This document shows positions 25,548-38,900 of a stretch of 64,000 bases of DNA, one piece after another. The notes under the pieces were generated by a model that was given only the letters and a program-made list of their open reading frames with translations, did no database searches and was not told the DNA's origin. The DNA is taken from positions 173,798 to 237,797 of the forward strand of contig NMRA01000131.1 of assembly GCA_002633005.1 (NCBI GenBank), in the 5' to 3' direction. The DNA comes from Phoronis australis (Eukaryota; Animalia; Phoronida). The number at the start of each line of letters is the position of its first letter. The stretch's first letter is position 1. Made by a program: the position numbers and the translations under genes.

Positions 25548-26848
25548 AGGCGAAGGCAACCTTTTTTCATGTCATTTTTAGCAAAAATAGGTTTCGTTGA
25601 TTATCCCAGACATATTTTCACTTATTTACAGCTTTTCGTAATTTAATTAATTACTCGTCGTCTACTCCGGAAGTTACGTTTTGGGAGGCAAGAATTTCGC
25701 GACAATTTATTTTCATACAGTCTGACTGTGACAGCAGTTGAGTCAGTCATTGTTCTACCTCGGTTATTGTGATAAGTTCGGTCGTAGTTTGCTTTTGTTT
25801 ACGAGTCAGTCAACATGCCACGCTGTTGCTGCCCACTGAGATGTACTCATTATCGTCTCACGTCCAGAGGAATAACTGTCCCACTTGCCCGAGTGGAGGG
25901 TGACTTAAGCACCCAAACTGCTTACATCCCGCCTTGCGATTCCCTCGTCACACACGTGGCACCTTCTAAATAGCCCCAATACAAGTCCACAATAAACTTA
26001 TCAAACTTAGGCGCACTGTTCATTGGATAACGAACTGTCCTTTTCACTCGGTGTCAAACTCGGCCTGTATTCACTCCCACTACTCAACATCGCTGCAGGG
26101 CTGCTTACAGGCTCTGGGCAAGAGACAACAGCACACGGGGAATCGCTACTAGTTCCTGGAATTGCACGCTATGGGGTACGTTCGGAGGCATGACAGTAGA
26201 TGAGGTGCCTCCAGTCACTGTATATAGTGGCCACAGCTTACGAGGCTTCTCGCTTCAAAAAAACGCATTTCTCGGGGGTGGCGATGGGGCACTGCCGGGA
26301 ATCAACAGCGACGGTATAGAACCCTTCTTCAGGCGTTGTTTCGCAGGGACCTTCATTAATTCAGTGTACATATCTCTGTCGTAATTTGACGGCTGAAAAT
26401 GCTTGCCACTGCTTTGTACGTTGCGTGAACGGGTACTAGCGCTGCGTTCTAGCACGAGCGGGAGCTAGCCAAGTACGGCGAAGTGTGTCATCCTTCGGAA
26501 AGCGATGTAAGGTACCCAAAAGCGCGTGTGAGACGATAATGAGTACATCCTGGTACACAGCAACAGTGTGGCATGTTGACTGACTCGTAAACAAAAGCAA
26601 ACGACGACCGAATTTATCACAATCCAGGTAGAACAATGACTGACTCGACTGCTCTCACAGTCAGACTGTATAAATGAAAAGAAATTGGCGCGAAATTTTT
26701 GCCTCCAAAAACGTCACTTTTAGTCCGGAGTAGAGGACGAGAAATTAATTAAATTACGAAAAGCTGTAATTAAGTGAAAAATATGTCTGGGATAATAAAC
26801 AGACCTTGTTTTTGCTAAAAGTGACATGAAAAAAGGTTGCCTTCGCCT
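25548..26848 (-). mobile_element. Kolobok-like non-autonomous DNA transposon with about 285-bp TIRs and a decayed THAP domain
   Basis: TTAA|AGGCGAAGGCAACC ... GGTTGCCTTCGCCT|TTAT. The minus strand encodes, across frameshifts, MPHCCCVPGC..LHRFPKDDTLRRTW..KHF..RLKKGSIPSL (THAP C2CH pattern). Part of it (26167-26308) recurs at 18834-18980. Confidence 0.8.
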
Positions 26849-29334
26849 TTATTGGTAGCGTAATCGCCTCGTGGGCCGAATTTGGGTACTCCAGATTTTG
26901 CATTTCACCTTTTGACACACATTTGATTTCTTCGCTTTGCCGCTGTTGCAATGAGACCGATGATTCATATTTAGTCCAAAGATGCTAGCTCAAGAAACTT
27001 GAGCTGGTTCATAATATTTTCTTGCTAACCATCATGACAACATCTGGCTAGGGAAACGAACTTTTCACGCGGACTCTAATCTCAGCACTATAGTTCAGGC
27101 AATGGCATACTTGAGAAATACATGTATTTCTTCACGCTGGTAACTGATCTGAGTAAAAAACTGGCTTTCAATGCCATCAAATTCACTGCTGTTTCATCGA
27201 TTTAGCAAAATATACAATATTTCATGGAGATTTTTTATATCAATTTTATCATTTTTGGTGGTGTGTTAACCGCCATAGTTAACTTCAGTTTGTTTTGAAA
27301 TTTTGATGGTAAAAGCACAAATACAAACATGTAGATCGTGTATGGCTGTTTGAGTAATATCTATGGATCGATAAAGCTAATTTTATATTTCAAATGATAC
27401 GAACAAAGGGAAAAGAACCGAAAGAGACCTTCAAACTATTTAGTAAAGTAACAGCTAATTCTACACATAGAATGATATTCTGATGCGTTTTATACATAGG
27501 TCAGAGACGAGCATATTGTACATTCTATATACTTTATTCGTCTCACTTCTGGCTAATGAAGGAATACACAGCGAGGAATGACAACAAGCATGCGAGAAGC
27601 TAACAAGGAACCTTTTGTTTTCAGCAAAAAAGTAAACACACAATTACACGACTAATGCGTAACATGGCTTATGTTTTCAGCTGACCCGAGGTCCTTGGTG
27701 TTCAGAGCTCAGTGGAACCAGCCACACGAGCACGAGAAACCCAGGAATGCGGGTTAGTTTCAATTTTCTGTTTAACGATATTGTAATATCAGTTTCAGGC
27801 ACATCATGCATGTAGGTTATAAATAAAGATTTCGTGAAAGCGCAGTTAATTAAAATACTCCTTTTCACTATTAAAAGGGCATTAATGAATCCAGCACTTT
27901 CTGTTCTAAAAACAAGTTTTGATCATGCCACTTGCTTTAAAAATGGTCTTCATCTTGTTCCCTACTCTAGAAATGATCTCTGGGTTGCAGAAGAACTGGT
28001 AGCCTTTATTTATAAACACCAAACAATAACAAACTGTCGGTTTTTTAGAAGCTCTGAAATCACCTGAAATTTAAGTAAGGATTAATCTGAGACCAGTTTT
28101 ATTAGTCAAAACTTTTGTTTGACATAGATGCTGCTTTTATAACTAAGAAACAGATGTAGGTCAATATACTTCATGGGGGTAGTCACTAGGTGGCATATGT
28201 TATAATATACATGTACATATCTATCGAGATAATGTGCCTTAGCCTGGAATGTTCCTTCGTAACAGAATTTCGGTACGAACATTTGTACAGAGGTTAATAT
28301 CCCTGAGGACTTGCTCAATAGTTATTCATCCTCAAATATCCAATGTAACACACAGACGAGCAGTTTGTTAGGAACAATATTGTTGAAAAGCTAGAAATGA
28401 ATGTACTTTGAGAGCTCAGATAGTCCTAATTTATCTCTTTTCGCCACTGACCAGCACCATACATGTTCCAGACAGTCCTATGTAATAGTTCATTGCCACT
28501 TTGTTTTGGCAGCAATGGGCATTGTCATCCCCAGCATCAGTTCAGTTTAAAGTATGGCAAAATTAATCTGTTTTATAGGAATCCTCCAGGAAATACTTTA
28601 TTTTATACTACATTTTATACTATGTTACACTGGTTTTGTAGAATCATTCTTTGAGGTATAGATTGAAGAAATTGTTAGTTTATGCCTAATATACTGTGTT
28701 ACCAAAGAACAGGTCACATTGAGTCTTTGTTTAATGAAGTTATAATTAGTGCATACAGTACGCAAGGTTGTTATATGAAAGTCTATTACTCATGCCAGTA
28801 GTACTTTTCATAATTTGTGATTATAGGTTTCGGAGTTTTAGATATTTAGCATGTCACATTAACACTGTCTATACATTTATTCAGCATTTATTGCCTTATG
28901 CCAACATTAAATTTCGTCTACACTAGGGATAATTTTTTTATCATTTCAAAGTCAGTAAGATATCACAGCGTTCTGAATTGAATTTCATTTTATTTTAGAT
29001 TAAATGAAAAACATTATGGAGGTACCAATTGCTTTTCCATCCATGGCACATTATCCGAGATAGGAGTGAGCTAAATCTTGTTTACACTGTGTATACCCAT
29101 CATAGAACAAAAGGTCACATGATCTGGTAGCAAAAAGTAAGCATATTCGTAACTCCCTACACTCTGGCTACAGACAAGTTATTACAAAGCTATACATACA
29201 GCTTAGTTATGGCATACATTACATCAGTTTTAACAAATTAACACTGAGTCCATGTCATCTTAAAACAACATGGCACACTGATATACACTTAAAACTAAAT
29301 TCAACATTGAGCAATTCAACACAAGCCAGTAAAA

Positions 29335-29644
29335 CAGGGGCGGATCCAGGATTTTGAGTTAGGGGGGGCCAGGTCACAGGAATAATCAGAATTTCAGCAG
29401 ATGCACGCGCCCAGCTTAAAATATGGGGATGCAAGGGTCTCGAATTTTTGGGTTCGTAGACCTGTTGACTAAAAGAAAAAAAGATGGTAGTGGTGTTGTT
29501 CAGGGCCTATGCATTGTTTAGTCACCCCCCAAGCCCCCCTGGTTGCGCGCATGTGCTAGTCAGAAATTCGCACGCGAACTCCCAAATGGTATCTGGTAGA
29601 ATTTTAGGGGGGGCCAAGGCCCCGCCCCCCTAAATCCGCCACTG
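29335..29644. mobile_element. MITE with 5-bp TSD
   Basis: TIRs CAGGGGCGGATCCAGG and CCTAAATCCGCCACTG, TAAAA on both flanks, internal G-run motifs. Confidence 0.8.
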
Positions 29645-31095
29645 TAAAACTCTTAAAATCAACAGATAAATTGCCCAAACTCAAACTGTTAGATGGACAG
29701 CAGTGCTGAGATTTCATTAGACTGTTTTTAAGTTTACTTCATTAACCTCATATTAATTACATCGCCATGACTTTCATGAAACCAGAAATCTATAAAAGAT
29801 GCAAACACTAATTTCATGAAAAAAACAAAAGACTATACCTAAAAAAATCTTCAACAAATATAATTGCTAAAATTGTCATATATCTATTTTTCAGAACATG
29901 GCTTGCCACATTCTTGTAAATACTCAAAAGTCCAGAACGTTGTTTGGTAATAGCTACGCCATACAAACCATTCCAGAAGTAAAACGAACTTTCCTGAAAG
30001 TCAATACCTTTGTTGAGTAATTTGTGTCCCAAACTGTACCTTAAATACTTAACATTTACAACAATTAAAACAGAAAACACCTACAAATCATAGCAAACCC
30101 TACTTCATTGACAATTGAAACCAAATGTGTTAAGATCTGACATTCAAACAAATGTTCCAAAACTAAAACAGTAATTTTCAATGCAAAACTTTTTTTCAGT
30201 AAAGAGATAGCAAACATTTGACTGAGACCATACTTTACATCTCTCAGTTGATATTCAACATAGTCACATTTTTATACAGAAGTAAATGATTGTTAGCTGG
30301 AGTCATTACTTGGTTTAAAGTTGCCCGAATTACTTGAAGCAATTGGCACAACACTACATTTGGGAAAATTTAACATAAGGTGAGAACTTTTAATTTTAAC
30401 CTTGCAAGCTTATTTTGTGCTTGAAGCAAAACCAAGATGTTCAAAGCTTTAACATGGATTGTTCATAACTAAGACAAAGAGAATAGTTTCCGTGCTTCTT
30501 GTTTCAAAGTCTACATAATGAAATATGCACACAATGAAATATGCTTTGTCACTAGATGGCGATAGAGTAGGTGGTGGACAGCATTCAGTGTTCCTGAATT
30601 GCACTTTAGGGAAGCCACCAAGCAGTGAAATTACCACTGCTGCGCAGTGGGATATTCAAATAGCAAAAATACCTTGAAATGTCTGTGACTAAATTTATTT
30701 TTCCCCCAAAAATTCTCCCGGTGTTGCACAACAAAACTTGAAAAAGTTGCAAAGAAAAACATTAACAAAGGAATAACTGCCCATAACATTGACAGAGAAC
30801 ATAGTTTTACTTTCAATATGTTGCCTTCTGGGCTTTCATCATAGCCTAGATGGAAAAAAATCAACAATACACCCAGTTTTATCTAATAACTATTGCTCTT
30901 ACAAAATCGTTAAATCGGATTTGGAGGATTGACAGTATTTTGGGTTAGATCATAAGATTAGATATCTACCATTGAAGTCCACCTAGAGTATTTATGGGTT
31001 TTGCCCCGTGCATTGTTTCGCAACCCTGCTACACTTTACCTATTCACACAACTTGTTGTTCGGCAAAAGGATCCACCCGCACAAAAATTAATTTA

Positions 31096-34000
31096 CTACC
31101 ACCTGACCTTCTCTTTGTATTCGTCCAATAAACTAGCTCGTTTCACAGACTCGTAGCCCAGTATAATAAAGGTAGAGAACACAGTGGACTGTATGAGCCT
31201 GGCCGACAGACCTTTAATAAATATACCGAATCTTTCTTCTCGCCATAGCTGTTCAACGGTGGGAACAAATTGGCTTCTCTCCACCTGAAAACAATGATTG
31301 ACTGATTAGCTTCGAGACTCCCATATACAACACAGCAGCAATGAAAAATTACAGAAAAAAGGAAAAGTTTCCTCAAATTCAAACAAAAATAATTGCTGAA
31401 ATCTCCAGTTTCATTTTCTGTATTCTTAGAACAGTGTTAAAAATATTTAAAATTTTACATTATATATGTAAGTGCTATCTGATGATACCAGCACAGCGAT
31501 AATGATGAAGTCAAAATATTTTCAGAAAATAAAGTTTGACAGAAAATGTGTTAATAGCATCTTTATACAACTCATTAGGCGATTGTTGCCCGTTAAGGAT
31601 GTATTGTGGTAATTGCCATCTTTTGTGAGTATGTAGGTACATCACTCATACATAAAATCAACTGCCATGGTGGATTTTATGACTTGGCATGCAAGCTATT
31701 AAATATCCACCCAACTTGATTCAAATAGTGGTCTCAAGTAATTACTTACTCACACTAGAAGTCATTTTTAAGCTTGAGACAAACTGACATTTTGTTACCT
31801 GCTCTAGATCAGGCTTAATAAGTATGGTAAATTTATTAAGCACATTCACCTCATTTTGCACACTCAAAATTACTTGGAAAAATAATATATTGGCTCTCAC
31901 TTATTTCTCACACGGCGACTTATTGGGAATTCCGTGTCTCTCCTAATTCCCACATGGTAAGTTTGGCACCTGGGAAGTTGTCAATGCAGAGTCTTGTCAG
32001 TAGTCCTATTACAATACACAACTCTTCAACTGTGTTAATAATGTCTGAACTTTGTATATTAACCCCTTAATTCATCCATGCACATGGGATATCTTAAGCT
32101 GTTGTAAACATGAGGTGAAAGGAGTAACTTAGATGAGTGTCCTGCCATTCAGAGGAATTTGCTCAATAGAGCATTACACAAACAATGGGGAAAAGAACTT
32201 TTAATTTGGACCAGGATAAAGTAATTTAATTACAGTTTTAAAATTGGATCATGTTGGCAACCCACAGGTCACATTATGTTAAATCCACATATGGGCATTT
32301 GATGATGCTTGGTTACTCAGTTAATTTTGCACATCCATCAACTAAGAAGTTTGTATTTTTTTCGTATATCACATTGGAAAATATATTATTTTGTGCGAAA
32401 TAAGAGGACTAGAAGGAATGACCATAGGCTTGACCCCGCAGCTCACTAAATGTGAAGCGCATGGCACGAACGGACTGTCAGAGTTATTCCCAAGCCCAGA
32501 AACTATTTCCAGTTTGAAAAATGAACAACTCGAGGCCAATTTTAGAATATTATGTGACCTAAATCAATTTTTGACAGATGTTGTATTTACGGCAGTTTTT
32601 AAGTTAAACTTTATACTTGCCTGAATCCTGGCTCTGACAATATCAAAAGGGTTGGTGAATAGAGCTGCAGATACACCACCTAGTGGTGCTGCTATACACT
32701 GCAACAGTAACCTTGGAACCCACACTGGAGCTAAATTTGACACAATGCCTGCAATGCAAAGAATTTATCAAACAAGAGAAACAACTCCAACTCTCGAAAC
32801 AAATCAATAAAAAAGGCAAACCACAAGACTTTCCTTTTATATTGACAATCAAATTCAGTTCTGGATACTAGCTTTACTTTTGAATAAAACCGATAACAAT
32901 AATTGAGTAATTCAAGAGTCGAATCTTCCGATTGATTTTAATTACAGCTCTCAAACTACATGCAACAATTCTCAATTACACCTTTGATGTAATTTGATTT
33001 TCATATCAAGCATCACAGAAACCTCCAGTTTTAGTTTGAAGTCCATACTACAGTGGTTTCTATATTGCAGCTAAATCCAGATATTAATCTAGTTTATCGT
33101 TAAGCATTTCTGCTGTTTATTGTCTGGCATCACAGCTCACAGGCCAGTTACCTACCACCGTTCAAAGAGTAACTAAAACTGGAAAAGTGAAACCTAAGCT
33201 ATTTATTTTGGCTAAATTTTATCATATTTCCACAACTAAAAATGACCCTAACCTATTTTTTCTCAATAATTTCAATTCCATATGCCAAAAAGTTAATAGA
33301 AAACTCACCAGTTCTAGTCAATGATATATAACTTTATTATAGCCAGTGTTTTATTGTTGTGAAGTCATTGCTGATGCAGTAATTTGCAATGGTCAACACG
33401 ATTTAAGGATGTTAAATCAGTATTTCTGATAAACACGGTTCTCTACAACATTGGGACTTGGTATTGGTACAAATTTATAGACAAAGTACAAAGTGCCACG
33501 AACGAGTTGCTAAATGTATTTCACCTGGACAAATGAAAATGTTCATTATTTGGGTCCCAACGTATTTAAATCTCATAAAAAGTCAGTAATTCAAAAGCAT
33601 TTTAAACACACCAAGCATGGTAACAAATTTGAATAATGTAAAATGCTGAAAAATCATAATGCACGTACCACAGTACAGGTCATAAAAGAACCACCAGAGG
33701 GCACTGTTTGGAGCATAAACAAGAATGGACGGCAAATATCCCTTATAAAATCCCAGAATTCCACTTTGTCTGTAGACTGCGGAACACACAGCAGCTGTTG
33801 CTCCAAACCGCGACTTAAGAGCTTGATCGGATATACTTAGCGGATTTAGCTGAGAGCTCTGGGTTGACTGTTTTGTTTTGTCCACACTTTTGCCTAACAT
33901 CATTAAGTGCTGCGACACAACATCGATAGGTACAATAAAGGTTTGTCCGACTAGAGATGCACAAGCGCCAGCAATCAATGATTTGAGTTTGGTGCTCTCT

Positions 34001-34314
34001 AATGAAAGGAGATGCCTTACTCCTTCGTACGTGTAGATGTAAGCCATCTGTGGAAGGACTAGACCATTGCTGACCCAGAATCCTCGGTAAAGGCCCCTCA
34101 AGCCCTCCATCTTGGTAATCTTATAAAATGCATCAAAAGTTCCATTATATACAGATTTATGCTTCTGGACTTGAATTCTTGTCTTTATGAGAGTAAACGG
34201 GTATAACACAGTACGGATCGCAAATCCATTCACAAGTGCTAACTGGAAATACTTTGTTTTGTTCATCATATCCCACTCAACAACAGTAATATTTTCAACA
34301 CGATCAATCTCCAT
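31096..34314 (-). CDS. SLC25A44: Mitochondrial carrier SLC25A44 homolog; coding exons 34314-33669, 32748-32621, 31284-31096; probable non-coding first exon ending near 35203
   Basis: Three carrier signature motifs (YPFTLIKTRIQ, VPIDVVSQHLM, NPFDIVRARIQ), N-terminal VEWDMMNKTKY, and C-terminal KGLSARL..GYESVKRASL..RW typical of SLC25A44. Confidence 0.9.
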
Positions 34315-35202
34315 GATGACTGTTTTGACACTGCCTTTGATCTACAAAAAAGAATAATTAGTCAATTGGCATTACATCATAGAGAAATTACAGGTCTATC
34401 AAAAAGCTAAATCTGAGATCTGAAGTTAAATGAATTAGCAGCTTGAATGAATAGAAAAATTCATGTGAATTCATAATTTACTTTGTCACAGTTCAGAGTT
34501 GATTTTACGATCTAACAGAAAATCACAGCCAATATGTTAAAGCCACATGCAACACAATCTCCAAAAAACATTGTCTTGGCTAATGTTTTGGGTGGAACCT
34601 TTTGCTTTGGTCCATAAATGAGGCAAAATTAGCATTCGTAAGTACTCCGCAAACTTGATTTGTTTAAAACTAAAAGGATACTAAACCCGATCATTGTTCT
34701 GTCACCAGCCGATGCAGCCACTGGTGTCAATCTTGAAACATAAAATCAGGAATCAGCTAAAGACTCATACTCCCTGTGCCACAGATTTGTTATTATAGAT
34801 CTTAAAGTTAGTGGGTGGACGTGCAATCGCTAAAAGCATAGGTCACAATTGCCCATGCATTGAGCAGACTTTGAAAGGAATTTTCAAATTTTACTCCATA
34901 CTCTTGAGAGTTGTCAAAGGTTACAGAGCTTTATTTTGTTTCAGAGAATTGGATGGAAACTTCCTTTTTAATATCTGGTAACAGGCGGTAGGCCTACAAC
35001 GTAAAAGGCCAAAACCGGGTTTGGTATCCTCCAGATTTTGGCTTAACCCTCATAGTACTGCGTAGGCCTATAACAATGTTCATTAGTATGTGTACAAACT
35101 TGTCATTCAGGAAAATCATAATCATTAGCAATAGTCTATAGATCCAATGCTTCACATGACAAATATTTTACCAAAATAATAAGGCCAAAGGCACGGGTGT
35201 AC

Positions 35203-35992
35203 CTGGAGTTCATTTTGTGTCAAATACAAGAGATAAGTCCCCGAGGAAGAGACAGATCCTATTTAAGACAACCTGCTCTTGGTCGAGTCATTTCAATTCA
35301 ACCAGACACATTTTTGGATCCCACAAGAGTCACAAGACTCCCACAGATCCCAACCAGGATAGGGTGAAGTTCAACAAATGAGCACTGATGAGCAATAAAT
35401 TGTCACTTTTTACATTCGTTAGTCACCTGATAACTCACTTGCAGATTACGGAGCGATCAAACAAAGCAAACGTATTCGGAGCTAAGCTTTCGAAATCCAC
35501 AACCACCATACCCAGAACAGAATGTTACACTACAAATCGAAATAGGGCAGTTGAGGACAGGACTTTTTTGTGCAGCTGAATCAGATGTTGACCTTGATGA
35601 CGTCAAGCTTGTGCCGCGAGAGGGCAGTGCAAATCAAGTAGTCTCAAAAAATAATAAAAATGCACTTAAACTTTACTATTGTTTGTTTTGTCGTAAGTTA
35701 ATTTTGATAATCATTAATATAAAACATAAATGTGCTGCCTTGTACTTAAAAAATATTAATTTACTCTAAAATTGTCTTTTATTTAATTTGCACTTCAAAT
35801 GTTATGCAATTATTTTCCAGTTAAATTTAACGGGGTTAAGTGAAACAAAATGCAATTTCCGCCTTCACTATTTTCAATGTTTTAAAAATGTGAATCATTG
35901 TTTTTTATTAGCAACAAACCAATCATCTGTACGACTTCACATTTGTCATTGCATAATCTCACAACCCATATACGCTGACTGTAATCACGATA
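35203..35992. promoter_or_regulatory. Bidirectional promoter region, SLC25A44 / ACO1
   Basis: Divergent genes less than 1 kb apart. TGACCTTGA (ERR-type element, 35589-35597) directly abuts the CRE TGACGTCA (35598-35605). Confidence 0.6.
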
Positions 35993-38900
35993 ATGGCGGG
36001 GGACGGAAGGAGTAAGTAGTCCGAGCCTAACAAATTCAGTTATGCTTTCATCCAAACATTCTTTGATTTCAAACCGAAATCCTCATTTTCTGTTCCTAGC
36101 TCTGACGTGATCGTTGGAGTAGATATAAGGTGGGGAAGTATTTAAATACATGCTGTTTCGTTGATCGCGTAGATGGTAGACTTTGACCTGTCAGCAGGCT
36201 GAGCTGACGCAGTGTCAAGCTGTTAGCCTTGTTCCAGTACGGTAAAAGTGTCAAACATGGGTCCCTAGGTCCTTCTTTTTTCCTTATATAAACTCACATA
36301 TGTGGGTCGGTTTCAGCAGATAAACATGAGTTATAATTCAGAACAGTTAGAAATTAAGTACCTTTAGCCGAAACACAATTTCCTAATCCAGCCTCGCCAA
36401 AATCTGCTTTGTCTCAAATTGTAGAATCAGAAAGTTTCGCAAGAGTTTCCGTGTCTCAATTCTAGAGATTGTCCCGAATTGGAGAATTTTTTACTGTATG
36501 AGTGATTGTGTCTCAAGTCTGATTCTCCAACTGAGAAAAGGAGATGTTTTTACTTGTTTCGTGTCATAAATTTATTTGTGATTTACCTAAGTAGTTTTTA
36601 CAAAATGTAATTATTTGATTCTTGCCCATGTCTATCACTGGAAAATTATGATACCCATCCTTTTATAGAGTTTACATGAGAAACGTTGTCCTTAAGGAAC
36701 TTCCATGAAAAAGGTTGACTCTTGTGTATTTTTAGATTCAAAACACCACCCGGGTTAATTTCATTTTACCTAACCTTTTCATAGAGTAAATTGTTATATC
36801 ATATTGAGTTCTTTTCTAACCAAAGCTTTGAAAATTTAGTATTACTAACCTTGTGTAGAAAGTGGTGATGCACAATCTACCCTGGCTGGCTTCTGAGTGG
36901 CATGCTCACTGTCCAGTATACTTCTTCTATGAGTACCCCCAGCTCATGCCTCAAAGTTGTTAGAAACTTTCAGTGAGACTCTTACATACTAGTAAAGAGT
37001 CTACTTTGAGTTCATTCTTTAGCTTTAATAGTAATAAACTGGGGAAGTACAGCTTTATGCAATTGTTTACTAAGTTTTGTTCTTTGTATATTTTCAGCTC
37101 ATCCCTATGCAACATGTTTGGAATCCTTAAAACTTGACGACCAGGAATTTAGCTTTTATAACCTTGGGCGTCTTGGTGAAAAATACGGTAAAGTTCTGAA
37201 TAAGATTTTGTGAAGTTAAACTTTTTGGTGATTGTGCCTATGTATATTATAGCAAGTGACTATTTGGAAGAACTTGTTTATAGATTTTAGATGCTTGGGT
37301 GACTATTAAGCCATTTTAAGAATGATTTAGCTTGAAATATTTTTATAAAAATAATTGCAGGTGTTCTGATACATGTTGTACCAGACGTGCGCAGGCCACA
37401 CATGTGGGCCCATTGCACTGATCACCTGGAACCATTTTTACGCTTTATTAATATGTGGTTAAAACCGGGCTGAGGAGCTAGAGACCTGACTCAAGAGTTT
37501 AGCAGTGTGACCTGGTGGGACTCGAACCCACAACCTTGAGTAAACAAAGCAGGCACCTATCACACTAGGCCACAATGCCTCCTCTCTATTTTTTGATGGT
37601 CCGGTACTAGTTATCATCTATGTTATTTATATCATGGACATATGCTATAAAATTTGTCTCTGTAAAGCAAGGCCTTTTGATATTTAAGCACCCACACGTG
37701 TGAGTGCAATTGCAGTCATCTCTGTTTGGGTGTCTAGTGTCCACTGCTGTGTCACCAAAACCCAATAAGGGATCTTCATGAAAGTTGGCAGGTGTGTTCT
37801 CGTGAACTTTATGGCAGACAACACAAATGTGCCCCCTAGTGGCATTACATTTGCCTAGATATCTTTCGCTTGTATTTTCGGATGGGTTTGGTTTGACATT
37901 TTTTCCATTACGTAGTGGTCATTTTTGTGATGCTTTAAACACCCCTTGAAGCACATGTCAGTCACATTTCAGCACTCTGCTTTGCCCTTGTAATTTAATG
38001 TGCCCATGTTAATGTCACACACTAGTCTGAATATATAGTTACATGGCTGACTTACTATCTTTGATTACGTGTACTGTTACGTACATTATAGGTCTATGTA
38101 CATTGTAGATCTATGTACATTGTAGATCTGTGTGTATTGTATAATTATCTACTGTTATGTACATTGTAGATCTGTGTGTATTGTATAATTATCTACTGTT
38201 ATGTACATTGTAGATCTGTGTGTATTGTATAATTATCTACTGTTATGTACATTGTAGATCTGTGTGTATTGTATAATTATCTACTGTTATGTACATTGCT
38301 GATCCCTGTACATTGTAGATCTCTGCTCATTATAGAACCAAATACATTGCAGATCTATGTGAATTCATTGTATATCTACTGTTACATGAATGTTGTAGGC
38401 CTATGTGAATTGTAGTAGATCTTTGCACATTGCACAGTAGATCTGTGCTCATTGTTGATCTATGTCCTTTGTAGATCTATGCGCATTGTAGACATATGCA
38501 CATTGACAATAGATCTATGCACATTGTTGTTGTGCTCATTTTAGATCTGTGCACATTGTAGTTCTATGCATATTGTTGATCCCTTACAGCTAAAGAACAA
38601 TGACATCCTGTTATTGATCACGTGCACTGTTATATGCATTACAGATGCCCTGCCGTACTCGGTGCGCGTGCTTCTGGAGTCAGCTGTTCGAAGCTGTGAT
38701 AACTTTTCAGTGCTCACCAAAGACGTAGAGAACATTCTCAACTGGGCTGAGAACCAGGACAAGGTTGTAGAGATCCCTTTCAAACCAGCCAGAGTCATCC
38801 TCCAGGATTTAACGTATGTAGAACTCTACACATACTGGGCTTAGTGATCCTCTTTTCTGCTATTAAACAATTCATACATTTGCTTAAAATCTTTATTCCA

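Noticed and set aside
28600-36250. Iron-responsive elements in UTRs near the IRP gene
   Set aside because: The CAGTGN loops I inspected (for example near 36210 and in the SLC25A44 and ACO1 3' regions) lack the 5-bp upper stem with bulged C. The check was by eye, so a dedicated IRE scan is still advisable.
37500-37580. tRNA gene
   Set aside because: A and B boxes are present but no convincing cloverleaf forms, and the sequence continues into a repeat tail. It is a SINE head.
38803-38813. QDLT instead of the usual QDFT in the aconitase
   Set aside because: A conservative change with the substrate-binding Gln retained. No functional inference is supportable.
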